Source: Lytechinus pictus (Eukaryota). Taken from it: a stretch of DNA of 64,000 bases. The stretch spans positions 25,546,001 to 25,610,000 of the forward strand of contig NC_087251.1 of the NCBI RefSeq assembly GCF_037042905.1, written 5' to 3'. This document shows, piece by piece, positions 1 to 50,795 of this stretch. A program made the position numbers and the translations under genes. Within the stretch, counting starts at the first letter, position 1; each line of letters begins with the position of its first letter. Below the pieces are notes generated by a model. That model saw nothing but the letters and a program-made list of their open reading frames with translations, did not search any database and had not been told where the DNA came from.

Positions 1-352
1 CATTCATATTCTACATAATAAAGTATACAGGGGTTATGGCGGCCATTTTGAATATCAATAAAATAAATATTTTGTCAAATATCGCTTTTCCAATTGGTAT
101 TTCACTTCTGCACAACAACTACATGCATTTTATAGCTAATGTGTTGGCAATTTTATGATTTTCATGGGTAATTTGCATATTTTGGCGGCCATATTGGATT
201 TTGCCAATTTGCGGAAAATGCTCAAGGTTACAAGAGTGGCATCATTCAGATTCGGAATCAGCACCCTCGAATTGACAAGAAACCATCAAAAAACATTGTA
301 TATCTAAAAAAACAAGGTTCGACCCCTTGTCTATGGGGCCTATCCTGGACTA
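1..352 (-). mobile_element. End of a non-autonomous DNA transposon with TAG terminus (Academ-like); same family as 9065 and 13379
   Basis: Reverse complement of 13379-13720; ends ...tatcctggacta. Confidence 0.7.
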
Positions 353-3300
353 ACAGAGGGCATCCGAGAAAGTGGTTAGAGGAGAGAGTGGAATAAAATT
401 GAGGGGTAGAAATATTGCTGGTAAGATAAAAGAGAAGAAAAGTAAAGAGGGAACAAACATGGTCATGGCGTCACACTCGGGCGGACAGGGGGACACCTCC
501 AAAAAATAATAAAGGGTGGGGGACCCAATAGGAGGTGTCCCCAATTAGTTTGAAGTCTTGTATTTCGGTTGATTTATTTACTGACCAACGTATCCGCATA
601 ATATATACTAATTTACATAATTTCAAACAATGGTTAAAATATTCCTTTTCAGGTCAGTGTGAGAATTATCAGCTCGCACTTTGCGCTCGCATCTGTTGAG
701 ATAAATAACTTGTTTATGATTACATACATTGGTTAACATATTATAATAAAGAATATGAATGTTAATAAAAGTTTATCGTGCTTCGCGCTCACATTTTTTT
801 TTAATTTGTGAGATACGTATCCTCTTGATGAATTTATAGAAATGTTACTTTTACATGACAGTATATAAAAAATTACAGTTCTTATTCGTCTTATATAGTT
901 ATAGGTATAAGCCTTCTGTGCATGAAATGTTTAGTTCTTATGTCTTTAACTCCTATAATATTCAAACTCGAGCATTTTGCTCGCATAATTTATTTACTGA
1001 CATACGGATCCGACCTTCATAATTTCTTTACATGTCAAATATTCCTTTTCTGGTCGGTTAGGCCTGTATCAAAGTTAAACTTTCGCTTCGCGCTTGTATT
1101 ATCTATTTAGTGAGATATGGAAATCGTTTGTGATTTAAAATGTGCTTATAAACTTCATTTTCAGGTCTGAGCATCAACAACTTTCAGGCCGCGTTTCGCG
1201 CTTGTATTATTTGATAAGTGACACATAAATATTACTTAACAAAGACCGCTTTTCGCGTCAATATGTAAATAATTTTTATCAAGGCCTTTTTTTACGCTTC
1301 CTGGAATTTTTCAATTTTAGGGGTCTAGTTCTCCAAAATGATCAGCTCACATCTTTGCATTCGTATTATTTATTTAGTGAGATTAGTAACATCTTCATAA
1401 TTCCTATATGTCAAATATTGTTTAAAAAGTTAATTTTTCGGATCAGTATCATCAGTTCGCTCTTTGCGTTCGCATTTATTTTGTTTAGTGAGATAAGCAC
1501 CCTTTATGATTACGGAAGGTGTTTCAAATGTCCCGTTTTTAGGTCTGAATATCAACTATTTTCAAAATGTGTGTGCTACCCCATCCTCAAAAATATTCAA
1601 ATAAAACCCCCCAAAATAAAATTTTAAAAAGAATGAAAAGGTATTTTCAATGTTATTCGATTTTTCATTTCACATCTTTTATTAAAAAAAACCCAAACAA
1701 ACACAATCTGATAAGTGAATATACATGGAATAATGTTACCACATATAGGTTAACAGGGATGCAATCAGGCAGAGGATGTAATATGGGTGTGCCATGACCG
1801 AGATGTCTAAGGCGGTCGACACTCGATAATGTTTAGGATTTATGATTTTTTAATACAAAGATTGACTATAAATATTGTTGACTTCTATAAGGCCTGCAGA
1901 TAGTTTCTGAATTTATTTTCACTTCCATTAATGGGGGACCATGCACGTATTTTATTTCGTTCTTTGATTTTAGTTGTTTTCTTTGAACTGATAAAAATAA
2001 CGAAAATAATAATGCTGTATATCAAGTTGATTGAAGCACAGGACATTTATGACTAAGAAGCCGTGTGATGAGTCTGAATAGTCTACACATGGTGTATATA
2101 CATGGAAGAATCATGAGACAGCTCGTAAAATCGAACGAAAACATCGTAAAAGTAAAGGGTTCCTCACTGCTCTTTAAACACGTTCCGGTCAGACCGTTTA
2201 TGAACCGAACCTTATCAGCCAGCCCTCCCCCCCCCCCCCATAGCGTGTGTTGCCAAGCAACGGCATCCCATCATCACGTTCATGTTAATCGACATGCATT
2301 GGGGAGGAGGAGGTCATGTTATGAAAATCAGCGTGCCCTACTTATTATATAGATATGTTCATCCGAACACTTTCTAAGGCAGTAAATTCGATCGCATTGA
2401 CCGCAACTCCAATGTCTTGAATAAAACATATCAGGGACATGTTAACCATGTCTTAATTCATTACCATTCTCTCATTCTATCGTTATTACTTTATACTTGT
2501 AACAACAATATAGCTGAGTCTGAGTGACCGCCATCACTGGTGTAGCCTATAGATTGGGGGGGGGGGGGCTTGAGGGCCATATCCCCAAATCGTTCCACCT
2601 CACACAAAAAATACAGAAGGAAAGGAAAAGCAATGAAATATGATATTATTTTCTGTATAAATATATTGTCAAAGTCTATCACAAAATATAAAGTTTTTTT
2701 TATAACGAGTGTTATTTGCCCGCTCGCTTGCGACACCTAGCTTCACCCTCAGAAAACAAAATGTTGATTAAACAAAATGCATTCAAAGTAAATGAAAGTA
2801 GGTTCATCTTAATAATAACAGGTCCAGGACGAGAGTGTTCTGATATGTCTGAGTCAAATCAGATCGATAATATGAATGTTTTAAAAGAAGAATCATCTAA
2901 CTCTCTACAAATATTATTCAATTGAGGATAATAATTACTACTTTTAGGCTGTCTTTCCCCACCCCAACCCCATATCGATATATCCCGATGCCCCCCAATC
3001 CTATCACTAATACTTCATAATTCGAAACAAACTTTTAATTGTATGGTCAGTCTTTGCCCAGCAAATTGAGAAATTAATACAAAATAAAAATAACCAAACA
3101 AAAAAGTGAAAATTAAATCTAAATTTGTTGAAGTTAACATAGTATTGTGTTTCGAGCATCAGTAAGCGATGGTGAAAGTTTTTTTTTTCATTTTAGTAGA
3201 AGAGGAGAAGAGTTATGCTCAAACTCTCTGTACCGGAGGTAACGATCCCGATCCGCCACTGGGTGTATCTATTTTCAGTGTTTAGAATCTACGCTTTCTA

Positions 3301-3919
3301 TTTTGGGACTTGATTTCAAACCTGATTGCACAGTAAATTAATGAACGCATTCTAAGAATAGTTTGCGGAGAACAATGCATCTATATTCAACCTGTTGCTT
3401 TCAAACTAATCCACGAATAGTCTGGACCTATTTTGGGCGATTCAAGTTTTATTTGTATTTTAGCTTACGTCACACCCTTTCAAAAGATCTGTCTATTGAG
3501 TTGGTTGGTAATTGACCCTTAGTCCGTGAAAAGAAGGTAGGCGCTTACGTTTGAACTTTGAGGTTGGTCGAGCCATTTCTTTTCAAAATTCGATAGTTTT
3601 CGGAGACGTAATCTATCTTTTCTTTACCCGATCGCGTTTGAGAAAAGAATTAATCTTTGAATGGTTTACCTCTACGTTCGTTCTATTCCTGGATCTATAT
3701 AATGTAACTTAAATCACGCGTCACGTTAAGCACCAAAAACAAAAAGCCTATTTTTTTTTTTGTCTATTTTTGTAGACGAAAGGTCAAGAGCCAATGAATA
3801 AGGCCATTGTGTTCACAATTGCATGGTGACATAGTGGACTTATTACACAAGTCATATCTGACCATACATCATGCATGTCATGAGAAATGAGAAAATCATG
3901 AGAAATCATCCCGTCATTC

Positions 3920-4656
3920 CAGGGGCGGCGGAGCAAAGTTGAAAGTGGGGGGGGGGCACAGGAAAAAGGGCACCTTTTCGTTTAAAAAGGGCACTATCTT
4001 AAAACAAAGGGGAAAAATTACTTATCTACAGTGGCGTAATGAGTCAGAAAAAATTGAGGGTGCTAGTTATGTCGTATCTCGTAGATTTATAAGTTGCAAG
4101 TGAGCGAAGCGAGCGAGCAAAAATTTGACATATTTATGACGAAAATCCAATTTTGTGATAGATTTTGACAACTTATATTAAGATGATTATACATTTCACT
4201 CTTCTCTCTTTCCTATTCTTTTCTTTTCCCTTTTTTTTCTTGGTCGTGAAAAGTTTGGGGAGGGGGCAAGAGCCTCCAAAGCTCACCCCCTTTATGTACG
4301 CCACTGCTTATCTACCCCACTCACATGACCCATGAAACTTAAGGCACTTAGGATTATCCTTACAAGTTTTCCTTCATAAGTAGTAACATTATGATGAGAA
4401 TATTAATTGTTTTCTTGTTTCAAAGGGGCACTCGTTAACACATCAAATGGGTCCTTCTCAGGTGAAAATACGAGAAAGGGCACTTAAAGAAGGCAAAGTG
4501 GCACTTGCTAACGGCATAAGACGGGTCCTTCTCAGGTGAAAGGGGCACAGAGCACGTTCGTGAGGGGGCATCTTTCTTGCGTAAAAATTGCACTTTTTCA
4601 GTGTTTCAAACAGTGGGGGGCACTGTGCCCCCGCCCCCACAGGATCGCTGCCCCTG
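3920..4656. mobile_element. hAT-like MITE with 8-bp TSD CGTCATTC
   Basis: Termini caggggcggcg / cgctgcccctg; CGTCATTC at 3912-3919 and 4657-4664. Confidence 0.85.
4029..4306. mobile_element. hAT-like MITE nested in the 3920-4656 element, 8-bp TSD CTTATCTA
   Basis: TIR cagtggcgta / tacgccactg; CTTATCTA at 4021-4028 and 4307-4314. Confidence 0.88.
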
Positions 4657-6461
4657 CGTCATTCCTGAGAAATTGAGCATCGAAAAGGGGGCCTTGAAGT
4701 CAAACCCATCAAAATCCATGTTAGAGTGGGTTCTGTGGCACTCTTACCAATTAACACTTATACCCCTTCTTTTCCGGAGAAACACTTTAAAAAGGAAAAC
4801 ACGGGTCGGAACAAGAAACCCCAAGATTGTTTTTGCTATGACATTTCCAGAGTTATTAATGGGATGTGTTCTATGCAAATTAAGTGTTTACTTCCCGATT
4901 GAGTGATTGAGCGAAAACTAACATGTTTTGTCTCGTGAGAAAACATTGGTTCAGCCGTTTGGTTATTCACATTTAATTGTAATTTCTCATCTAATTAATA
5001 ACGCCTTGGCATCTTTGCATTTCTTCCCGCTGTCACGACTAGATTGTGCAACGTGCGTCATGATCCGTGTGCTTCAACGGCAATGCTGAAGAGGGTTCGA
5101 ATCCCAACATGGGCGAAAAGTCAATTTGCAAAATGTCTTTATTTTTTTATTAAATTGAGGCGAGACTTTGACACATTAATGTTCCAATATGTAGTCTGAT
5201 ACAAAGAATTAAAAGCGGATTGTCTGTGATAAAAAGAAGTCATAGGGAAAACAAGTTCACAGCAATTCTCTATCTCACCATGCCCATCTATTCTCATCTA
5301 CATGTATTTGTGCGTTTTTTTTTCATGAAACAACCTAGACATTGACTTTTATCAAATAATCATTTCTTATGAGACAAGCAATAAAAACAGAAGGCAAATT
5401 ACATGTTGGCATCACCAAAGAGATTGCCATGCCTAAAGGATTTCTTATTTCAGTGACGCCATCTTGAAAAAAAAATGTAGCACACACGACAATTACCCGA
5501 TGTCATTAAAACAGATTAAATGACGTCATCCTTTTAATTATTTTGATAATGACATAAACATCGAACTAAAGAATGACTAAAATGAACGAAAATTGATAAT
5601 ACTAACAAGGATCAAGCATCGCCTGTTATGTCCTTGATTCCATCTACGTTAGAATAGAGACGAGAACATAAATGGGCGAGAAGGGAGACATACAGAGAAA
5701 GAGAGTGGGGGTAATAAAGGGAGGGGGTTAAAGAGAGAGAGAGACAGGGGGAGGGTAGAAATAATTATATTTATAGAAATTGATGATGGAGTTGTGAATT
5801 TTAGAAAACAAAAATAATTATCATTATTAAATACCAATTAAACGCTCACCGAAAAGGTTACAAATCATAATCATAATTTTGACACTGTATTTATATTCTT
5901 ATGATTTGTACTATATTGTTGAATTGCATAAAAATGTTTACTTGAATGGGAATTCAATCGACGCGACTTTGATTATACTGATTCTAATGGTCTTAACTTT
6001 TTTTAATCCATCATGTTGATAGTGAGAATTAAAATGACATTTGCGTAGACTACTATCTGATAAATTATCTTGATCCCTGTCACTGGCGTAAAGATGGGGG
6101 CGTTGGGGCCATGGGCCACCTTAAAGTATCATGACCAAGAATAAAAAAGAGAAAGGGGAAAATGTGGTCAGAGATAATAGTGTTATGTCAAACTCTATCA
6201 CGAAATTAGATTTTTGTAATAAAAATATAAATAAAGAACTCTTGCTATCTCACTCCGCTCTCTCGCAGATTTGTAGCAATTTTGCCCCATACGCCATGTC
6301 TGCCTCCTCAAAATGTTTGACTGAATTTTTTTTTGGAAAGAACACTTGGTACATGTATGACCAATGCCGATCAGTTGTTTATTAATACACAGGCTTACTA
6401 CGTGGATTCAATTATTTCCTTCTTTGATCGAACTGGATCCTACTAATGATTATGTGCATCT

Positions 6462-7050
6462 TTAGATGGGTACTACCTGCTGAAAATATCTATATTTTAA
6501 TCAGTAGAGTATAGAGTTCACATAGCAAAATGCTGAAAATTCCATCTAAATTTGATAACAAATAACAAAGTTGTTGAATTTTATAGATTTCACAGTCTGT
6601 AGTGAAAAGTTATATGCACACAGTCATGAATATTCATTAGGTGGGCTGATGATGTCACATCCACACTTTCCTTTTTTGTAATGTTATTACATGAAATCAT
6701 TATTACTTTATTTTGTTATTCATCTGTGAATGATACTTCCCATAATGAAATAAGGTGCAGCAATGAATATCTAATGCACTAAATCAGTTGTCAGTCCATT
6801 TATTTAATGCTTGGATTAAGCCTAATTTCATACAACGAAATACAAAAGAACAATTGATGATATGACATCATCAGTTTGCTCATTGAATATTCATGAAGAC
6901 ATGCCAAGAACATTTCACCGGAAAAATGCAAATATTTAAAAGGCCATAGCTTTGTTATTCCTTATCCGATTTTAATCAAATTTTCAGTGTTTTGTTGGTC
7001 TGATTTTTCTTTATCTGTTAAAATTATATTACAGACTGGACTACCCTTTC
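6462..7050. mobile_element. Degenerate Kolobok-like MITE with long imperfect TIRs
   Basis: Left ...gggtactacctgctgaaaatat...caaaatgctgaaaatt...gataacaaataacaaagtt mirrors right ctttgttattccttatcc...aattttcagtgttttg...actggactacccttt. Confidence 0.55.
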
Positions 7051-7849
7051 GTTGAGAACATGTTGATATTTTGAAAATAGATACTACTAAGGCGTATCTG
7101 ATCATTTACAAATGAACATTTTTCCTGGTCTTTGTGTTTTGTTGGCTGGATGCTGTATATCAGAATATGCTTTTAACAAACATGCTTCAGATTTGCAGCA
7201 GCAACAACATTGAGAAGCAGACATTTTTCTGATATAAAATGTGTCATAATTAGATCCGAAAACTTAACATTATAAGAACATAACAGGTTTTGTGCCATGT
7301 ATCTCTGGTATACTAGTATCATGGGTAAACGTAAAAAATGGAGTTTAAACGATTGCCTTCCTCTTAAAATATGCATACATTTTCCCCAAATAAAATACAC
7401 GGGAGTAAGATAATTTATGTCAAAGGTCCATTAACTTTTTTTTCTAAATTGGACAGAGATGGCGCTGTTAAACATGTAAAATAAATAGCTATTGATTGCT
7501 CTGCTCCAAGAGGAACGAGTGATTTACCATAAACAAATCTATTGATTCGTGATCCCAATATTTCGAATTCGATGCTTGACTCACCCGACGCGTCAGCGGT
7601 GAATCCAGGGGGAGTAGCACATCCGATCCGTGCCCCCCCCCCCCCCTTGAGAACCATTAAAAATCTTTTCAGTGGAAAATGTCGTGTAGGCCTTTTTCAA
7701 AACCTTGATAACCATCAATCGAAAGTGAATTCTTTTGTTTTTTTACATGTTGAATTTTCTGGACAATATGTCCACTTTTTGAAAATCCAGGATCTGTCCC
7801 TGTCAACCATGCACATACACAAAAGCACACGCATACACCTTTTTTCGTA

Positions 7850-8135
7850 ACATTTCATTCTGAACTGATCACAAAGAATTACACTTCAGTTAAAACAAAC
7901 CAACATTCACTTCAATCTTCACATTTCTTCATAATATTCCAGTTGCTTGATAAGCTGTGTACAAATCATTTATAAATTGAGGGAAGGAAGTAACATTTTA
8001 TTCTGAACTGATCACAAAGAATTACACTTCAGTTGAAACAAACCAACATTCACTTCAATTTTCACATTTCTTCATAATATTCCAGTTTGCTTGATAAGCT
8101 GTGTACAAATCATTTATAAATTGAGGGAAGGAAGT
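7850..8135. repeat. Tandem duplication, 2 x ~143 bp
   Basis: ttctgaactgatcacaaagaattacacttcag...ttgagggaaggaagt repeated head to tail with few mismatches. Confidence 0.92.
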
Positions 8136-8259
8136 GATGAAAACCATTATTATCAATCTAAAAAACAGTCCCTAAGCTTGTAAGTTGAATATATGCATAT
8201 ATTCAACTTACAAGCTTGTAGTTTTGTAGAAGATGAAACATCAATGCTTGGAGGATATA

Positions 8260-8492
8260 CCCCCCCCCCCCTCCTAGCCGCAGCAACAACAAAGTAAACC
8301 CAATTCAAAAGTATACAGAATAATATATGAATAGGAATAACATGAAATACCAAGCAGTAATTCATCACTAACATTCCCCCCCCCCCCCTCCTAGCCGCAG
8401 CAACAACAAAGTAAACCCAATTCAAAAGTATACAGAATAATATATGAATAGGAATAACATGAAATACCAAGCAGTAATTCATCACTAACATT
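8260..8492. repeat. Tandem duplication, 2 x ~117 bp, each starting at a poly-C run
   Basis: (C)n-tcctagccgcagcaac...catcactaacatt repeated exactly. Confidence 0.93.
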
Positions 8493-9064
8493 TCTTTTTA
8501 AGAAGTGAATCATTTTGCCTTGCCCTTCCATGTCCCATGCGCTTATATACACTCTAGACCCCTTACAAAATATCAACAAATCCTAGCTACGCCACTAATT
8601 GCAGTCAATCCCAAAATGATTTTATAGATATATAAATAGGCCGAATAATTTCCTCTCGAATATCCTATCATGTATACATATTTTCATGTATATATATTTT
8701 TTTGTATTCGACGGTTTAAATGAAAAAAGTATGAAAGACAATTGTGAATACAAAAATGAATTTTGTAATTCGTAATAACAATTGTCATCCTTAACTTGAA
8801 ATTTGTCTCATAGCGTGTGTGTCATTCTTTATTTCTTATAGAAAATTGAGAATAACACAATGAGTATTGATTCCAATCATTGTCCTCTGAAACCATGAAC
8901 CACATGCCAGAATTAAAAGGCGTGATATTCTTTGTCAAGCACTGCAGGCATAACAACAGATGTCAAGACAGAATAACGAGGTGGTGGTAGAGCAAAGTTC
9001 AGCCCAAGAATCAATTACGAAGATGACGACAGTACATGTATAATATACAGGAGGATGGTGAATA

Positions 9065-9850
9065 TAGTACAGGTTAGAAGAGGCATAACCTTGCTTTTCA
9101 TTTTATAATGGTTTCTTGTCAATTCGAGGGTGGTGATTCCGAATCTGAACTTTGAGCATTTTCCGCAAATCGGCAAAATTCAATATGGTCGCCAAAATAT
9201 GCAAATTATTGACCCATAAAAATCATAAAATTGCCCCCTACATTGGCTATAAAATGCATGTAATTATGTTGCAGGAGTGACACACTCTCTGAAAAAAAAA
9301 AAGATTTATAACAAAATATCTATTTTCTTGATATTCAAAATGGCCGCCCTAGACCCCTGTATACCCTATTAAATATGAATGGGAATTTTTTTTATACAAA
9401 AGTGAGCACTAAAATGCAAGTAATATTGTGATCTATGCGTGAAGTAATGTCTGAGAACATGATTGCTCTAATAAAATATATAATTTGTGTTCTCATGTAT
9501 GTGATAAAATTTAATGATGTATTTTGATATTCAAAATGGCCTCCAAACGCACTAATGCTATTATGTACAATGTGAATGGGGACCAAAAAAATCACAAGAG
9601 TGAGCACTAAAATGCATGTTATTAAGATAAAGAAGTTGAATACTGGCTAAAAAATATTATAGTTAACGAAATTTATTATCTAAATAATATGCAATGTATG
9701 TGATAAATCATTTCAACAGAAGTTGGCTTAGCTTGACTAAAAAATAGTGTTGTATGAGTGAAATATTGTCTGAAAATATGATTTCTAACGAAATATAATT
9801 TCTTGTGTTATTTAGATGATAAATGCTATATTCTAAAATTCAAAATGACT
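9065..9850 (+). mobile_element. Degenerate copy of the same TAG-terminus family with ~170-190 bp subrepeats
   Basis: Shares gaggcataaccttg, tggtttcttgtcaatt, gatattcaaaatggccgcc and gagcactaaaatgca blocks with 13379-14200. Confidence 0.7.
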
Positions 9851-10361
9851 GCAATTAAGCCGAATACCACCCGAATAGTGGCCAGAATCGGGCCGAATGT
9901 TGCCTGATTGCTCCGATTATACAGCCGAATGACGACCCGACTGTAGACCGGAATCGGAACGAATATTTGATTTGATTTGATTTATTGTTTTTTTCTGCAT
10001 TCGTATACTTTTCATTTCGTAACAAACATAATATATCGGAAATTGATTTTGGTATGAATCATAAAGAAATAATACTAAATAAAAAAGTCATTCTAAACAA
10101 ATATTATGATCTACTACCAACAATAAAAAATTAACATTTACAGTTTGCAGGAAAAGGATTGTCATTATAAGCAGATTGCTTGAAAAATGACAACCCCGAA
10201 CATGACAATGTATCCGAATGCGCAAATAAAAGCTCGGACCGTTTCTCCCCGAAAGATTCGAATAGGTCCGAATCTGCCCAGAATACTCCAAAAGCCTCCC
10301 TTAATCCAACCGAATGTCATCTGAATACATCCCTAACATACGGAAGCTTAAACGTGCCCCC

Positions 10362-10745
10362 AGAAGACGAAATGAGAAGACAAGTAAAAGAGTCAAGATG
10401 ACAATTAAGAAGACGAGGAAAGAAGACAAGAAGACGAGATCCTCAATCTTGTCAAGTCAATTTATTTAGGATGAGATGATAAGAAGACAATATCCCCAAC
10501 CTCGTCAAGTCGACTAAACTATGACGAGAAGATAAGAAGACAAGATACAGAATCTTGTCAAGTCAACTTCGTCAGGACGAGAAGAGAAGAAGACGGGATC
10601 CATGATCTCGTTAAGTCGGCTTATTTAGGACGAGAAGAGAAGAAGACTTATCCTCAATCTCGTCAAGTCGACTTTGTCAGGACGAGAAGACACGATGACG
10701 AGTTGTTGAAACTCGGCAAGTCACCTTGTTGATGCCAAGAATACA
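10362..10745. repeat. Minisatellite, ~52-58 bp unit (gacgagaaga.aagaagac...ctcgtcaagtcgact)
   Basis: About six diverged tandem units. Confidence 0.8.
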
Positions 10746-12769
10746 AGATGGCTGTTCGCGATAGACCATAATTCTGAAATTTCATGATTACTAAGAGTGA
10801 TTGCCTCCTTTTAAGATCTGAAACATTTCCGGCCCGCGCTTAAGTTCGTATAAGTGGATTGATGAGATAATTATGACTATTCTTCATGAATTCCTTAAAA
10901 CAGTCCTTAAATTGTTTCTTTTTCTGGTCTGAATATCAAAATAGATTATGCTCGCATCATTTAGTTAGTGAAACACGTATGGTCTTAGTGAATTCCTGGT
11001 AACAAAATCCTTAGAATGCCTCTCTCCAGGTCTGAATTAAAAAAAAATAGCGAAATACGTTGTTCATGTTCGTGATTACAATGACTACAAAAAGTGCTTC
11101 ATGTATTAAGGTGTAATTCTAACAAAATCAGCAAGCGCTTGGCGCTCGCGTTAGATGATGGTTAGATACATATGCTCTTCATGAATTTGTGAAAATAGTC
11201 CTTAAAATGTCCCTGTTTGCAGTCACTTGATATTTACAAAATTTCAGCTTTTTTTCAGATTTTTACTCGCTCGCTTGCTACTTCTTATAAAGTTTATGTG
11301 ATACGCCATATCTATCCCCGTCATTTGATTTAAGATAATAAGGTGAAGTCGTGAAGACATAACTTGCACTCGTCCTGCAAACATGTCAAACAAGTTCTCC
11401 CGTATTAAATCGTGGTAAAATTTACATGCTAAGAAAAGGGAAACCTTAATTCAGAAATTGAGATGAAGAGGGCATGCAAAAATGTTACGTTACAAAGCTT
11501 AGGTAGACATATATAATTTATATATTACTAAGCATGTGAAACGTAATTGTAGTTCGGCATGCATGCAAGAGAGTTCAAATATGAAAAAAGAGGGCATACA
11601 ACAATTGTAACACACAGAAGCTTGAGTGGACAAACATTAAAAAAAATATTCAGTCGGCATTCAAAACAGTTCATGCATGCGTGAAGGGCAACTCGTAGCC
11701 AACTACCTTCCCCAGCTATAATAGTTTCGCGGCATGTAGTGAGCTCATAATTTACAGCTGGAGTGCAAAAAAAAGTTCATTAGTTGGTATATATACATGT
11801 TCATATTCATGAGGTTGGAAAATGACAATATGTGAACATACGCATTCAGGAGACAAATAAAATGTAGGATATTGTACATGTTGTAGGGCATCGATTCCTC
11901 TGTCAGAGTCGCTCCGCTCCTTCGATTCTACTGCTTTTTTTTCATTCATCAATGTTGGCAAGTATATGGATAGTATTCACTGCAGTACATAACATTATTT
12001 AAACTCCTTTGTTATTCCGTGCTGTGTTTGTTTATTATTATTGTTAAATAATCTCTACATGTTTTTTCGTTTTGCAATTTAAAGCCTCTACCTACCAAAC
12101 ACATCATTGTTACATGATACAATGTGTGATCATAATTAGTCTATAGCCTCAGTGAAACATTTTTTTTCTTACGCATCTCGATAGGACAATCCGAAGCATA
12201 CAAAAATATATCATGGGACTACATTTATATATGTATTTTACTAAAAAACATAATAAACTAAAAATGCTACACTAAAATTACAATTCCTATTTACTCATGC
12301 ATTACATTTCAAATTAGTAACTCATGAAATTTGCTTAAGAAACCAAAACTGATCTCAATTCATCAGTAATTTAGCATAACACCCTTAACTTTGCAAGTTC
12401 CAAAGGACTCACCTCTAAAAAAAACTGGAAGGCTATAATTCTTGCTCACCCTAGCAAAGGCTAGTCTCTCAGGAGGGGTGAAAGGGGTAGAGAGAGAGAG
12501 AAAGAGAGGGGGTAAGTGTTATGTTGACCCATATCCCGTCAACCTACTTCCCCCACCTAAGTCATATCCCTATTCTGACTTCCATGTATTTCATGTTCAC
12601 TCATGCATTAAATTTCAATTTAATGATTCTTGAAATTTGCTCTAAAAACCTAAATTGATAATGCTTGATCATTGATTTATCGAAACACCCTCAACTTTGC
12701 AAGTTCCAAGGGACTAGCATCTCAAAAACTGAAAGAAATTGGAAGGCTAATTCCTGCCCACCATAATTT

Positions 12770-12951
12770 TCATACCCTTTGTTTCAGTGGAAAGTGCTCG
12801 CTCAAGCATGAATAGTTTTCCAACTTTTTGGTGTCATTTGAAAGTTGACTTTATTGGCTTCCATAATATGTAAGTGTTTTTCCCAAAAATGATATATTTT
12901 TCATTTGGCAGCCAAATAAAAAGTGTATAGTTTTTTTGGGGACGCACTGTA
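12770..12951 (-). mobile_element. Tc1/mariner-like terminal fragment
   Basis: Ends ttttttggggacgcactg-TA, i.e. TA-CAGTGCGTCCCCAAAAAA on the minus strand. Confidence 0.55.
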
Positions 12952-13378
12952 TAATTATGACAGTGAGATATGTGAGATTCGTTTCATTACAATTCAGCAT
13001 GATAGGTAGAAACTGGCACATGTCGTATGTATTTAAACTATCTAAATGCTAAAAATGAAGGAAGATGTATTTTTTAAAAAAGAAATCATGTAATCAAAGC
13101 AGAAAAGTAGCTTTCTTGAGTTTCGTTTAGCTAGGGTATTATTTCAGTCATCATGGGGCTTATTACCGCACATTAAACTTTTGGTAAATGCATACCAGAT
13201 TACCAAAAGGTGCCTTTATTCATATTTTACAGCTAATTTGGGGGCAACTGTACATTTTTGATAGATTTACAAAAATTTCATAAATGTGCAGGGCATTGAC
13301 GACGCATAACTTTTAAGGATCATAATTCTCCATGCTCTTTACTCATCCATTGTACTCAATACCATGAATACAGTGTAA

Positions 13379-14200
13379 TAGTCCAGGATATAAGAGGCAT
13401 AACCTTGTTTTTTCATATATACAATATTTTTTGTATGGTTTCTTGTCAATTTGAGGGTGTTGATTACGGATCTGGATGATGCCACCCGAGTAACCTTAGG
13501 CACTTTCTGCAAATTGACAAAATCCAATATGGCCGCCAAAATATGCAAATTACCCATGAAAATCATAAAAGTGCCCGCACATTGGCTATAAAGTGCATGC
13601 AATTTGTGTGGCAGGAGTGAAATATTCTCTGAAAAAAAAAGATTTTTGACAAAAAAATATATTTTCTTGATATTCAAAATGGCCGCCATAGGCCCCTGTA
13701 TACTCTATTATGTACAATATCAATAGGGAAAACTAATTTTCACAAAAATGAGCACTAAACTGCAAGTAATTGTGATCGATGAACGAAGCAATGTATGAAA
13801 ATCATAATTACTAACGAAATATATAATTTATTATGTCATGTATAGGAAAATTGCAGCAGCTGTATTTTGATATTCAAAATATTCGCCACTGGCCCAAACA
13901 GTATTATGTACAATGACAATGGGGGCCAAAAAATTAACAAAAGTGGGCACTAAAATGCATATTATTAAAATAAACGAGTTGAACACTGACTAAAACAATT
14001 GTTAACGAAAAATATGATTTAATATGCCATGTATGTGTTAAATGTTTTTTGTATATTGTATTTTGTATATTTAAAACGGCCGCCAAAGACCCTAACAGTA
14101 TTATGTAATGAGAAATCGGACCAAAGAAATCCCAAGTGTGAGCACTAAAATGCGTGTATTTGTGATAAATTAATGGGATACTGTCTAAGAAACATAATTT
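13379..14200 (+). mobile_element. TAG-terminus (Academ-like) non-autonomous element arm just upstream of the FUT8 start
   Basis: Begins tagtccaggata; similar to 1-352 (inverted) and 9065-9850; tandem subrepeats. Confidence 0.7.
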
Positions 14201-14488
14201 TCAACGAAATACATCATTCAGGTTTCACGTTTGTGTTAAATACTGTATGTTGACTTACATGCATTTTATGGTTCCCACTCTTGTGAAATTTCTCAATTCG
14301 CATTGTACATATAATAAATAAAGGGCATTATGGAAACCGATAGGATTATCTTAGTATCCTGAATTATTTGTCTAATGCCTCAGCCTCAAAATATTATTAA
14401 GTAACTCTTGATTTTATTCTCTTGGCATTTCTGAAGTCAAACGTGAAAGAATACCAGTTGCAGTAAGAAGTATTGGGAGGTGTGGACC

Positions 14489-50795
<36,307 letters not shown>

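Noticed and set aside
2822..2925. Possible terminal exon of an upstream gene (PGRECSDMSESNQ...)
   Set aside because: Weak acceptor, no recognisable homology, no partner exons found.
8842..9072. Possible 5' exon of FUT8 (ttatag ... CAG|GTTAG)
   Set aside because: No useful open frame, and the donor coincides with a transposon terminus; a UTR exon cannot be supported without transcripts.
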